From positions 29,213-93,212 of the forward strand of contig CAYFFO010000004.1 of assembly GCA_964342485.1 (NCBI GenBank): a DNA stretch of 64,000 nucleotides, written 5' to 3'. A program made the position numbers and the translations under genes. Shown piece after piece: positions 49,648 to 59,293 of this stretch. The first letter of the stretch is position 1; each line of letters begins with the position of its first letter. This stretch comes from an uncultured Dehalococcoidia bacterium. Lineage in GTDB: Bacteria > Chloroflexota > Dehalococcoidia > Lucifugimonadales > CAJWER01. A model generated the notes under the pieces. The model saw only the letters and a program-made list of their open reading frames with translations. It was not told where the DNA came from and made no database searches.

Positions 49648-50850
49648 TTGCCACTTAATCTAAACGATACTGCGTTACAAATTGAATCTATGGTTTCTCT
49701 ACTAATAACACAAAAAGAGGGACACGAATTTAGATTGAATAATGCCGTACGAGCCTTAAAATCATTCTCACTTGATGATTATGAAAGCATCAAAAAGAAA
49801 AGAGGAACTTTTTCGGATATACCTTCTATTCTAGAACCTGCAACCACAGTCTACAACCCTCAATCCATTCCAAATGATTTCACAGTTGTAGCAGTCGATG
49901 GATCACATATCGACGTCGATCGCCATCTACCTGCAAGATGCTATTTAATAAATATCGGTTCAGCCACACTGACATATGGTAGCCAGTCCGATGCCTCTTT
50001 AGAAAACTCTGCTAGGCTCTATTCTCACCCTGATGAAATAGCCATAGTTGATCCTAACAGTAATAATTCACAAAATATTGAAGGAGCTGTCCTTGGAGCA
50101 AAAAGAACAGTTGCCGAAATGATTGAATTGGTAAATATAATCAAAGATTTGCCTGAAAACTTGCCAGTATTAGCGTTAGTTGATGGACCACTCGTGATGA
50201 TTGGTCTCACAGGTCAAGGATACGGTGATTTCGTCAGGGAATATCTTATTGAAAACGGATTTGTAAAAGCCATCACAGAACTAAGGGACTTATCTCAAAA
50301 AAGACCATTAGCCTTAGCAGGGTATGTTAGCCTACCACGATATTCCGAAGTAGTTAACACTCTAGTTATTGGTAATTGCGAATATCCAAAAGAAGAGAGA
50401 CGATGCTCCACTCGCCCGGGCACTCCTATAGACCAATGCTCAGTATGCGTTGGAGGTATACAAGATCGAGAATTGTTTGCTAAGTTGCTTTCTGTCAACC
50501 AAAGATCTGCACGCTTTTCATCATCATCAAGAATAGTAAAGAATCATTATTCCGATACTGAAATCGATTTTTTTTACTTAAATGTGGGATACGAAATAGC
50601 TCGAATAGAAATACCATCTTGGACATCAAGAAAACAATCGTCGCTTGAGTTAGTCCATTCTTTGATAGTCGATCAAGCTAAACGTGGTAAAGGATACCCA
50701 ATTTCGCTAATGGAAGCACATGAAATGGCTGCTATACAAGGATCGGATCGTCGCCATTTTACCGAAATGGTGGAACGAACTTTGAATTCACATAACATGC
50801 CCGTTTTTACTTCAGAGAAAGCAAGGTCAAAACGACTTCGCTGGCTGTGA
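49648..50850 (+). CDS. NurA-domain (RNase H-like fold) nuclease homolog with a 4-Cys insertion
   Basis: 400 aa (TTG start). Motifs occur in NurA order: VAVDGSH (Asp84), AEMIEL (Glu), ALVDGPL (Asp179) and GYPISLMEAHEMA (His358). There is an extra C244-x8-C253-x10-C264-x2-C267 cluster. Confidence 0.65.
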   Translation: MPLNLNDTALQIESMVSLLITQKEGHEFRLNNAVRALKSFSLDDYESIKKKRGTFSDIPSILEPATTVYNPQSIPNDFTVVAVDGSHIDVDRHLPARCYLINIGSATLTYGSQSDASLENSARLYSHPDEIAIVDPNSNNSQNIEGAVLGAKRTVAEMIELVNIIKDLPENLPVLALVDGPLVMIGLTGQGYGDFVREYLIENGFVKAITELRDLSQKRPLALAGYVSLPRYSEVVNTLVIGNCEYPKEERRCSTRPGTPIDQCSVCVGGIQDRELFAKLLSVNQRSARFSSSSRIVKNHYSDTEIDFFYLNVGYEIARIEIPSWTSRKQSSLELVHSLIVDQAKRGKGYPISLMEAHEMAAIQGSDRRHFTEMVERTLNSHNMPVFTSEKARSKRLRWL

Positions 50851-50937
50851 ACGTATTAATATTAAATAAAAAACGATATCAATGATGTTTTGTAATGAAT
50901 TGCTTAAGTAAATTCAATTAGTCAAATGCTTATATAT

Positions 50938-52800
50938 TTATTTCTCTACTTTAAGAATACTAAGAAAGGCTTCCTGTGGTATTTCTACACGACCCACACG
51001 CTTCATACGCTTTTTACCTTCTGCTTGCCTTTCAAGTAATTTTCTCTTACGTGTAATATCTCCACCATAACACTTTGCAAGTACATTTTTACGTAAAGCT
51101 CGAACAGTTTCCCTAGCGAAAATCTTGCTGCCAACTGCTGCCTGTATTGGTACCTCAAAAAGTTGACGAGGAATTAAATCCTTTAAACGGGTAGCAAGTA
51201 GTTTACCTCTAGAATGCACATTTTTTCTATGTACTATGATGGATAAGGCATCAACAGGTTCACCATTTACAAGAATATCCAACCGTACCAGATCTTCAGT
51301 CCGATGGTCCGCAACCGAATAATCTAAAGAAGCATATCCCTGTGTTCTTGACTTGAGTTGGTCATAAAAATCAACAAGCATCTCTGATAATGGCATTGCC
51401 ATTTCAAGCATCACTCTTGTTTGTGATATACCCAGTCTAGATTTACTAGCAGTCGCTGCATCATTCTCAGATGCAACCGTGCCATACTGTATGTATTCTG
51501 TTTTTATTAGTTCCCCTCTACGTGCAGTAACTAACTCAATCATATCTCCAATAAAATTCGCGGGAGTCAAAATAGTTAAATTAACCCAGGGTTCCTGTAT
51601 CTCATCTATTTTATCTATTGAAGGCAATTTAGAAGGATTATCAATTTCACGAAGATCTCCATCTGTAGTTATTACTTGATATGCTACGCTTGGAGAGGTT
51701 GCAAGAAGATTAATTTCATATTCTCTCTCTAGTCTTTCTTGTACCACCTCCATATGAAGTAAGCCAAGAAACCCACACCTGAATCCTGAACCAAGTGCTA
51801 AAGAATTTTCTGGTTCGAAGGAAAGGGCTGCGTCATTTATACCAAGCTTTTCAAGTGCGTCACGAAGATCCAAGTAGTCCTCACCATCTGCGGGATATAG
51901 CCCTGCAAACACCATTGGCTTAAGCGGCTTATATGTATTAAGCGGTGATTCAGCACCGTTCTCGGATAATGTGATTGTATCTCCAACAGGAGCGTCCCCA
52001 ACAGATTTAAGACCAGTTGCAACATAACCAACTTCCCCTGCTTTCAAAAAATCCAATGCAGTGGGTTTTGGTTTAAAAGCACCTATTTCTAAAACATCAC
52101 TACTAGCTCGATTAGACATTACCATTATTCTAGAACTTGCTGTCAATGTCCCGTCAACTATACGAACATAAGCTATTACACCCTTGTATTGATCATACTT
52201 GGAATCAAACACTAAAGCTCTTAAAGAATCTCCAGTATTACCTTTTGGTCCAGGTATGCGATTGACAATTGCTTCTAGTACTGAATCAACACCTTTCCCA
52301 TCTTTTGCAGATACCATCATGATTTCATCATGCTTGAACCCAAAAGCTTGTTGTACTTCCTCAGAAACCCTTTCAGGCTCAGCAATATCTAAGTCAATCT
52401 TGTTTATAACAGGGATTACCTCAAGATCATGCTCTAACGCAAGGTAGACGTTAGCTAGAGTTTGGGCCTGTATGCCTTGGGTAGCATCTACCACTAATAG
52501 GGCTCCTTCACATGCTGCTAAACTTCTAGAAACCTCGTAAGAAAAATCAACATGCCCTGGTGTATCAATCAAATTTAGCTGGTAGTCCATACCAGAATTT
52601 GTCTTGTATTCTAACCGGACTGCCTGAGCCTTAATCGTTATCCCACGTTCGCGCTCAAGTTCCATTGAATCAAGATGTTGGTCTACCATCTGTCGTGCTT
52701 CAACAGTATTAGTTTTTTCAAGCAGCCGATCAGCTAAGGTAGACTTGCCATGATCTATATGCGCTATTATGCAAAAATTTCGTATGAAGTCCGAATCCAT
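50938..52800 (-). CDS. lepA: Translation elongation factor 4
   Basis: 620 aa with [24 protein letters not shown] and NKIDL, plus the LepA-specific C-terminal domain ending in ...[15 protein letters not shown]. Confidence 0.97.
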   Translation of the reverse strand: MDSDFIRNFCIIAHIDHGKSTLADRLLEKTNTVEARQMVDQHLDSMELERERGITIKAQAVRLEYKTNSGMDYQLNLIDTPGHVDFSYEVSRSLAACEGALLVVDATQGIQAQTLANVYLALEHDLEVIPVINKIDLDIAEPERVSEEVQQAFGFKHDEIMMVSAKDGKGVDSVLEAIVNRIPGPKGNTGDSLRALVFDSKYDQYKGVIAYVRIVDGTLTASSRIMVMSNRASSDVLEIGAFKPKPTALDFLKAGEVGYVATGLKSVGDAPVGDTITLSENGAESPLNTYKPLKPMVFAGLYPADGEDYLDLRDALEKLGINDAALSFEPENSLALGSGFRCGFLGLLHMEVVQERLEREYEINLLATSPSVAYQVITTDGDLREIDNPSKLPSIDKIDEIQEPWVNLTILTPANFIGDMIELVTARRGELIKTEYIQYGTVASENDAATASKSRLGISQTRVMLEMAMPLSEMLVDFYDQLKSRTQGYASLDYSVADHRTEDLVRLDILVNGEPVDALSIIVHRKNVHSRGKLLATRLKDLIPRQLFEVPIQAAVGSKIFARETVRALRKNVLAKCYGGDITRKRKLLERQAEGKKRMKRVGRVEIPQEAFLSILKVEK

Positions 52801-52895
52801 ACAATTATGTTAGCACGTACAGTAAGGTACAGGCATGGGAAAATGTGGTTCGATTTTAATATCAACTTTGCATAGAAAGCTATGTTGATCATTAT

Positions 52896-52980
52896 TGGTG
52901 GGGAAGCCGGGACTCGAACCCGGACGCCTCTCGGCACATGATCCTAAATCATGCTCGTCTACCAATTCCGACACTCCCCC
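52896..52980 (-). tRNA. tRNA-Leu (anticodon TAG), long variable arm, CCA encoded
   Basis: The reverse complement folds as follows: acceptor GGGGGAG/CTTCCCC, D loop GAATTGGTAGA, anticodon stem CATGA/TCATG with loop TTTAGGA, a 13-nt variable arm, and T arm CCGGG-TTCGAGT-CCCGG. Confidence 0.9.
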
Positions 52981-53044
52981 CCAAAACTTACCCATTATAT
53001 ATCTGTATCTGAAAAAACAACACGATATCTTACAAGAGAAAAGC

Positions 53045-54022
53045 TTACAATACTGATATCCCTTGAGAGACTGAGTCGAGTCTCTCGACTTCCTCAATAC
53101 TTAGCTCCCAGCCCAATGCTCCAAGGTTATCATCAATCTGTGCTATAGTGTCGCTCCCAGAAATTGCAACGGTTATTTCATCATGAGAAAGAACCCAGTT
53201 TACAGATACCTGTACCATGGTTTTATCTCTATTTCTAGATATCTCATCTACAGTACGAAGCACGTTTATAGTTTCAGGGGTCATATAACTTTTAAACATA
53301 TCGATCCTATTATCACCACCCCAATAAGATTCAGCAGGAGCATTCCCATCTAACCCGTAATTTCCACTTAAAAGTCCAACTCCTAATGGACTATACGCCA
53401 TGGCCCCCAATCCTTGATCACGAATTACTTCAAATAAATCCTGCTCAGGATCACGCTTCAATAAGCTGTATTGATTTTGGAGAGTTATAAGAGGGCTGGC
53501 ACCAAGCTGGTCTTGAACCCATAACATTTTACATACCTGCCATGCTTTAAAATTGCATGCCCCTACATATCTAACTTTGCCGCTATAAACAAGGTCGTCC
53601 AATGCCCTTGCAGTTTCTTCGATAGGGCTATCGTCATCCCAACCATGTAATAAATAAACATCAATCCGATCAGTCTTCATCCTACACAAAGAGTTCTCTA
53701 CCTGTTTGAGTATATGGTAACGAGAGCTACCCTGATCATTCGGGCCATCACCCATCGGGCTATGTACTTTCGATGTCACCACCAGTTCGTCTCTTTTTGA
53801 CTTAAGTACATTAGACAAGATCTTCTCGGATGTACCCCTTTCTCTTCTATTGTCACCTAAACCATAAACATTAGCGCAGTCAATCAGATTAATACCGGAA
53901 TCAATTGCGTGTTCTATCAAATACTGTGCTTCCTGGGCAGAATTTTGCCCTCTGAGACCAAGACCAAGCGCAATAGGAGAAACCTTCATACCGGAACTGC
54001 CAAAATTAATATATTCCAACAT
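53045..54022 (-). CDS. Aldo/keto reductase family oxidoreductase
   Basis: 325 aa. It begins with a GSSGMKVSPIALG start and shows the pattern D..NVYG...SE, the catalytic K in TSK, LHGWD and VGACNF, as in the AKR11/AKR13-like family. Confidence 0.88.
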   Translation of the reverse strand: MLEYINFGSSGMKVSPIALGLGLRGQNSAQEAQYLIEHAIDSGINLIDCANVYGLGDNRRERGTSEKILSNVLKSKRDELVVTSKVHSPMGDGPNDQGSSRYHILKQVENSLCRMKTDRIDVYLLHGWDDDSPIEETARALDDLVYSGKVRYVGACNFKAWQVCKMLWVQDQLGASPLITLQNQYSLLKRDPEQDLFEVIRDQGLGAMAYSPLGVGLLSGNYGLDGNAPAESYWGGDNRIDMFKSYMTPETINVLRTVDEISRNRDKTMVQVSVNWVLSHDEITVAISGSDTIAQIDDNLGALGWELSIEEVERLDSVSQGISVL

Positions 54023-54048
54023 TAGCCTCCAAATGTAATTTTTTTATT

Positions 54049-55179
54049 CTACACACTGAACGATACAGATCCATCTTTTCTTATAGGAATATTAGCCAAA
54101 TCCACTGGTGTGACTTTCTCGTCAGAAAGAACAGACTCATCTAGCTCTACACCTAAGCCAGGTGCATTAGATACAGCAATATATCCTCCTTCTCTTCGAA
54201 AAGTCGTTTTATATATCCTGTTTTCTTCTGACTCATCCTGTTTAGAATATTCTTGGGTAATGAAATTGGGGATACTAACATCTAAATGTACAGACGCGGC
54301 TGTAAGAATAGGACCTAAGAAATTGTGTGTAACTACAGCGGAATGGTAGGATTCTGCAATAGCCGCGATCTTTTTACAGTGAGTTAATCCTCCAGCAAGT
54401 CCCAAATCGGGCCGAACATATTGAGGTCCGCCCTGAGACAATAATTCCCTAAATTCCCATATCGAATGGATTCGTTCTCCATTTGCAACAGGTATTTTTA
54501 CTCTTTGAGCTATATCGCCCTGTGAATATATACTATCTATCTGAATAGGATCTTCATAAAAAAGAGGCCGGAATTCGACCAATTCTTCAGCCAATGCAAT
54601 TGCAGTCATAGGGGTTAATTTACGATGAATCTCGACTATTATATCTACATCTTCACCGACTCCTTCCCTAGCAGCCGCAACTTGATCACGAGTTGAGGAA
54701 ATTAACCGCGAATGCGCCAAATCCTGATATCCATTAGGAAGGGGGTCAAATTTTATGGCTGTAAAGCCTTCATTTGCAGCTTCTGTAGCGTGTTCATTTA
54801 CTATTTCAGGAGTAGTGCCGCCTTCCATCAACAAGTGCAACCTTACCTTGTTCCTACATTTACCACCCAACAAATCCCAAATAGGAGCTTCATAGTACTT
54901 ACCCTTTATATCCCAAAGAGCTATATCCACAGCGCTAACTGCCCCGGAAAGGACAGATCCTCGAAACGGACCCATTCTATACAAATACTGCCAATGATGT
55001 TCAATTTTAAGGGGATCCTGGCCTATTAAATAACCCTTGAATTTTTCTACAATTCTTTCAACAGATTCACTGTATCCCCAACACGCTGTTTGCCCCAAAC
55101 CAAATAATCCATTATCGGTTCTAATTCTAACCACATAGCTAGATCCAACAAAGATCGATTCCACAGATTCTATCTTCAT
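54049..55179 (-). CDS. Enolase-superfamily enzyme (mandelate racemase / acid-sugar dehydratase-like)
   Basis: 376 aa with AVDIALWDIKGK in the capping domain, and KFDP, FYEDP and ANGER metal/acid-base motifs in the barrel. It is a distant paralog of 27787-28890. Confidence 0.85.
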   Translation of the reverse strand: MKIESVESIFVGSSYVVRIRTDNGLFGLGQTACWGYSESVERIVEKFKGYLIGQDPLKIEHHWQYLYRMGPFRGSVLSGAVSAVDIALWDIKGKYYEAPIWDLLGGKCRNKVRLHLLMEGGTTPEIVNEHATEAANEGFTAIKFDPLPNGYQDLAHSRLISSTRDQVAAAREGVGEDVDIIVEIHRKLTPMTAIALAEELVEFRPLFYEDPIQIDSIYSQGDIAQRVKIPVANGERIHSIWEFRELLSQGGPQYVRPDLGLAGGLTHCKKIAAIAESYHSAVVTHNFLGPILTAASVHLDVSIPNFITQEYSKQDESEENRIYKTTFRREGGYIAVSNAPGLGVELDESVLSDEKVTPVDLANIPIRKDGSVSFSV

Positions 55180-55498
55180 GATTATACTCCTTGACTTAAA
55201 TATCTAGAATTATTGATTCAGGTAAATCTATCTCGAAAAATTACATTAATGGATTTTCTCAACTAATTAAATCAGAAATGAAGAATTATCATTACCTTAC
55301 TAGATAAATCTAATCTTCGCGGCGAAGTCTAACTAAGCATTCCCATTGGGTCAAGAGTCCGTAAAAATAAATTGGTATACCATAAAACTACTGATCCCAA
55401 GCGAATTTTAAGATATATAATTAAACTACTGAAACCTATTAAATAAACAAAAGCCAATCGTAGTCAATACAACCTACAATCGTGTTAGGTCTAAATAA

Positions 55499-56215
55499 AT
55501 GAAAAAACTAATAGATGGAAGCTCCGCATTAGGTATAAAACTAAATGACGAACAGTTAATACAATTCGAATTGTATTATAAAGAATTAATTCAAAACAAT
55601 CTTAGCTTTAATCTCACACGCGTCACAGACTATGAAGATGTTCAGACGAGACATTTTTTAGATTCCTTAAGCATCATGCTAATCTATCCAAAAGCAAATC
55701 TTAAATCAGGTATAAAGGTTATAGACATTGGAAGTGGGGCAGGGTTTCCTGGAATTCCTTTTAAAATCGCTTATCCAGAATCTGAAGTAACACTTCTCGA
55801 AGCAACCGGTAAAAAGGTACTGTTTCTTGAAAAAATGATTAAATTGCTCAATATAAAAGGCTTGACCGCAAAAAAAGGAAGAGCAGAAGAGGCTGGAAAT
55901 ATCAAAGATTATCGAGAAAACTTTGATCTAGTCTTATCCAGATCAGTTGCTAAACTTAATATTTTAGCGGAATTGACTATCCCTTTCTGTAAAATTCGAG
56001 GAAATATAATACTACACAAAGGGAACGATGTGTCCCAAGAAATAGAATGTTCTGAAAAAGCAATCCGGATTTTAGGCGGTTCTTTGGCTAAAGTCATCAA
56101 ATCGAATCTGCCTGGTCAATCTACTCCTCGTTCTCTAATATCAATCCGTAAAATTTTATCGACGAATACTCGATTCCCGAGACGAACAGGCATTCCCAAA
56201 AAACGTCCATTGTAA
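55499..56215 (+). CDS. rsmG: 16S rRNA (guanine527-N7)-methyltransferase
   Basis: 238 aa with NLT..T..E....RHF.DSL and the SAM motif DIGSGAGFPGIP, typical of RsmG/GidB. Confidence 0.92.
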   Translation: MKKLIDGSSALGIKLNDEQLIQFELYYKELIQNNLSFNLTRVTDYEDVQTRHFLDSLSIMLIYPKANLKSGIKVIDIGSGAGFPGIPFKIAYPESEVTLLEATGKKVLFLEKMIKLLNIKGLTAKKGRAEEAGNIKDYRENFDLVLSRSVAKLNILAELTIPFCKIRGNIILHKGNDVSQEIECSEKAIRILGGSLAKVIKSNLPGQSTPRSLISIRKILSTNTRFPRRTGIPKKRPL

Positions 56216-56230
56216 ATATAAGGAATTTAA

Positions 56231-57289
56231 TTGGAAGCTCCATCAAATAATTCCAATACAACCATTAAAAATAGTAGTTCGCTGAAATCTTTAGTTTCTC
56301 TGCCCACACTTGCTCTATTAACAATAGTAATTATATTCATTTGGTTCATATCAACCCAGTTTGACCTAGACTGGAAAAACACCTGGATCAAAATAAAAAA
56401 TATAGACAAGTTACTGTATATCTCCGCTCTAATTGCATATTATTCAAGCTTTATATTTAGAGGTAAAAGATGGAGGTGTCTGATCCAGAATGCCAATCTA
56501 GAATCAAGACCTAAAAGCACCCTGCCGTCCACATTGAAATTCTCCCAACTTATACTTATCGGATGGTTCGTAAACTCAATCGCTTGGCTTAGGATCGGAG
56601 ATGCCTATAGAGCTTATACTTTAACTCAAGAAACTAAAATAAATATAACTTCCAGCCTTGGAACAATAGTAGCAGAACGGGTGACCGATTTGATCTGCAT
56701 ATTAATACTGCTTGTAGTGGGGATTACCTGGCTGTCAAATTCACACCAACTTACAGAAGCAGTCAATCTGATTAGCGTAGCTATACTTTTAACTATCCTA
56801 TTGGTTCTTTCTCTATTAATTATCAAAAGATTCGGGAACCGTCTATCACAAAAACTCCCAACCAAGATAAGAAATCACTATGAAATCATACATTCAGTGA
56901 TCTTTGGTAGCTTGCAGCGTATGCCAACCATAATGATATATAGTCTCATTGCCTGGTTATGTGAAAGTGTCAGGCTTTATCTGGTTCTTATGGCGCTTGA
57001 TTTATCTATAACTTTACCATTAATTTTAATCGTGTCGCTTAGCCATGCGATATTGAGTATCATCCCTACTCCCGGTGGGGTTGGAGCAGTTGAACCTGGG
57101 GTCGCGAGTTTACTATTATTCGAATTGACTCAAAGTGATGCTTTATCAGTAGCATTGATAGACAGAACAATAACATACCTTAGCGTCCTCATATTCGGTA
57201 GCATAAATCTAATCATGTGGAAATTTATACTATCTCGAACAGACCAACAAAAAGAGCCCGGTCTTTTCCATTACAATAAAAATAAATAG
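56231..57289 (+). CDS. UPF0104 / lysylphosphatidylglycerol-synthase-TM-region family membrane protein
   Basis: 352 aa with about 8 TM segments and the conserved PTPGGVGAVEP motif near the C-terminus. Confidence 0.8.
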   Translation: MEAPSNNSNTTIKNSSSLKSLVSLPTLALLTIVIIFIWFISTQFDLDWKNTWIKIKNIDKLLYISALIAYYSSFIFRGKRWRCLIQNANLESRPKSTLPSTLKFSQLILIGWFVNSIAWLRIGDAYRAYTLTQETKINITSSLGTIVAERVTDLICILILLVVGITWLSNSHQLTEAVNLISVAILLTILLVLSLLIIKRFGNRLSQKLPTKIRNHYEIIHSVIFGSLQRMPTIMIYSLIAWLCESVRLYLVLMALDLSITLPLILIVSLSHAILSIIPTPGGVGAVEPGVASLLLFELTQSDALSVALIDRTITYLSVLIFGSINLIMWKFILSRTDQQKEPGLFHYNKNK

Positions 57290-57548
57290 GTTTGTTAATT
57301 ATCTGATATGCTATTCAAATTTAATCAGAATGATAATCAAAAGTATTATCTAAACAGATTTATATATAAAGTTCTTAGGATAAGATTTAAGGAAACTATA
57401 AAAGACATCTTACAAGTAAACCAATTGCCAGAAATCTTAATTATGGCAACGGGAAATCAACAAGGCTATATTATAGTAAAGAATAAGACATAATTTAACT
57501 AAGATTATTGTGTGGTTTTATAAAACAATATGCATCTAGGAGTATCTC

Positions 57549-59234
57549 ATGACCACTAAACATAAACGTGATTTAAAACGACATAGTAAAGTAGTTACAG
57601 ATGGCCCAGACAGAGCTCCAGCTAGATCAATGTTACGTGCGGTTGGTCTTCAAGACGAAGATATGGAGAAGCCATTTGTTGCAATTGGAAACCTAGCAAG
57701 TGACGTCACACCTTGTAACGTACATCTGGATAGACTTGCCAAAAAGGTTAAAGAAGGAGTTAGAAAAGCTGACAGTGTTCCATTTATGTTTGGCACTATC
57801 ACAATAAGTGATGGTATCTCAATGGGTACCGAAGGTATGAAGGCTTCATTAGTAAGTAGAGAGGTAATTGCAGATTCCATTGAAACAGTTACCTTTGGTG
57901 AAAGTATGGATGCTCTTATCGTTGTAGCAGCATGTGACAAAAATATGCCCGGAGCAATGATGGCAATGGCCCGACTCAATCGACCATCTATATTTTTCTA
58001 CGGCGGTGCAATATTACCAGGTAATTTCCACGGGAAAGACGTCAATATCCAAGATATGTACGAAGCAGTAGGATCCTGGTCACAAGGTAAAATGAGTTTA
58101 CAAGACCTTCTTAGTATGGAAAAAGTTGCTTGCCCTGGAGAAGGTGCCTGCTCGGGTATGTTCACCGCAAATACAATGTCTTCAGCAATAGAGGCTTTGG
58201 GAATGTCTATCCCAGGTGCAGCTTCAATTCCTGCAGTTGATCGCAGAAATGAAACCCTTGCAGTAGAATCTGGCAAGCTACTTTACAATCTTATATCAAA
58301 TGATATCAAGCCTAGGGATATTATGACACGAAAGGCCTTCGAAAATGCTATTAGAGTTGTATTGGCCATGGGAGGATCAACCAACGCAGTTTTACATCTA
58401 CTCGCAATCGCACATGAAGCAAAAGTCAAGATTAACATAGAAGACTTTGATCGTTTAAGTCAAGAAACTCCCTACTTAACAGACCTACGGCCCGGGGGAA
58501 GGTTCGTGATGTCAGATATGGACAAAATTGGAGGGGTTCCTGTAGTAATGAATGAATTACTACATGCTGGGCTTCTTCACGGAGACGAACTCACAATCAC
58601 AGGTAAGACTATAAAAGAAAATCTCAAAAATTTTCATGATACTCCAGATAAATCTGTAGTATACCCAGTATCCTCCCCGCGTAAAAATACAGGAGGCCTC
58701 GTAATTCTCAAAGGCAATCTTGCTCCAGAAGGAGCCGTTATGAAAGTAGCCGGTACTTCTCATCTCAAACACAAGGGTCCAGCCAAGGTTTTTGACGGTG
58801 AACGTGCTGCGTTTGAATCCGTTACTAAAGGGAAGATCAAAGATGGCGATGTACTGGTTATACGTTATGAAGGTCCTAAAGGTGGTCCTGGAATGCAAGA
58901 AATGCTAGCAGTTACAGGAGCAATCATGGGACAGGGTCTAGGAGATAGCGTTCTACTAATGACAGATGGCAGATTCTCTGGTGCAACGTACGGACCTATG
59001 ATAGGTCATGTGGCACCAGAAGCTCAGGTTGGAGGCCCAATAGCCTTAATCAATGATGGTGACACAATATCGATGGATGTCGAAAATCGCGAACTCACCT
59101 TGCACGTACCTGATGAAGAACTTGAACAACGTAAACTCCAGTGGTCACCACGACCAACAAACCATCCTTCAGGAGTATTGGCAAAATACGCTAAACTTGT
59201 CTCTTCTGCATCCAAGGGAGCTGTAACAACCTGA
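57549..59234 (+). CDS. ilvD: Dihydroxy-acid dehydratase
   Basis: 561 aa with CDKNMPG, the [12 protein letters not shown] Fe-S ligand region and TDGRFSG. Confidence 0.97.
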   Translation: MTTKHKRDLKRHSKVVTDGPDRAPARSMLRAVGLQDEDMEKPFVAIGNLASDVTPCNVHLDRLAKKVKEGVRKADSVPFMFGTITISDGISMGTEGMKASLVSREVIADSIETVTFGESMDALIVVAACDKNMPGAMMAMARLNRPSIFFYGGAILPGNFHGKDVNIQDMYEAVGSWSQGKMSLQDLLSMEKVACPGEGACSGMFTANTMSSAIEALGMSIPGAASIPAVDRRNETLAVESGKLLYNLISNDIKPRDIMTRKAFENAIRVVLAMGGSTNAVLHLLAIAHEAKVKINIEDFDRLSQETPYLTDLRPGGRFVMSDMDKIGGVPVVMNELLHAGLLHGDELTITGKTIKENLKNFHDTPDKSVVYPVSSPRKNTGGLVILKGNLAPEGAVMKVAGTSHLKHKGPAKVFDGERAAFESVTKGKIKDGDVLVIRYEGPKGGPGMQEMLAVTGAIMGQGLGDSVLLMTDGRFSGATYGPMIGHVAPEAQVGGPIALINDGDTISMDVENRELTLHVPDEELEQRKLQWSPRPTNHPSGVLAKYAKLVSSASKGAVTT

Positions 59235-59293
59235 TATCTGGGATTTTAGTAACTGTTTCTTCAATTAGATAAAGCTTTTTACAGAATATGTTG

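Noticed and set aside
47079-50937. tRNA-Sec (selC) or a TGA-containing selenoprotein gene next to selB.
   Set aside because: No sequence in the flanking spacers folds into a long-variable-arm tRNA with a TCA anticodon. No adjacent same-frame ORF pair is separated by a single TGA.
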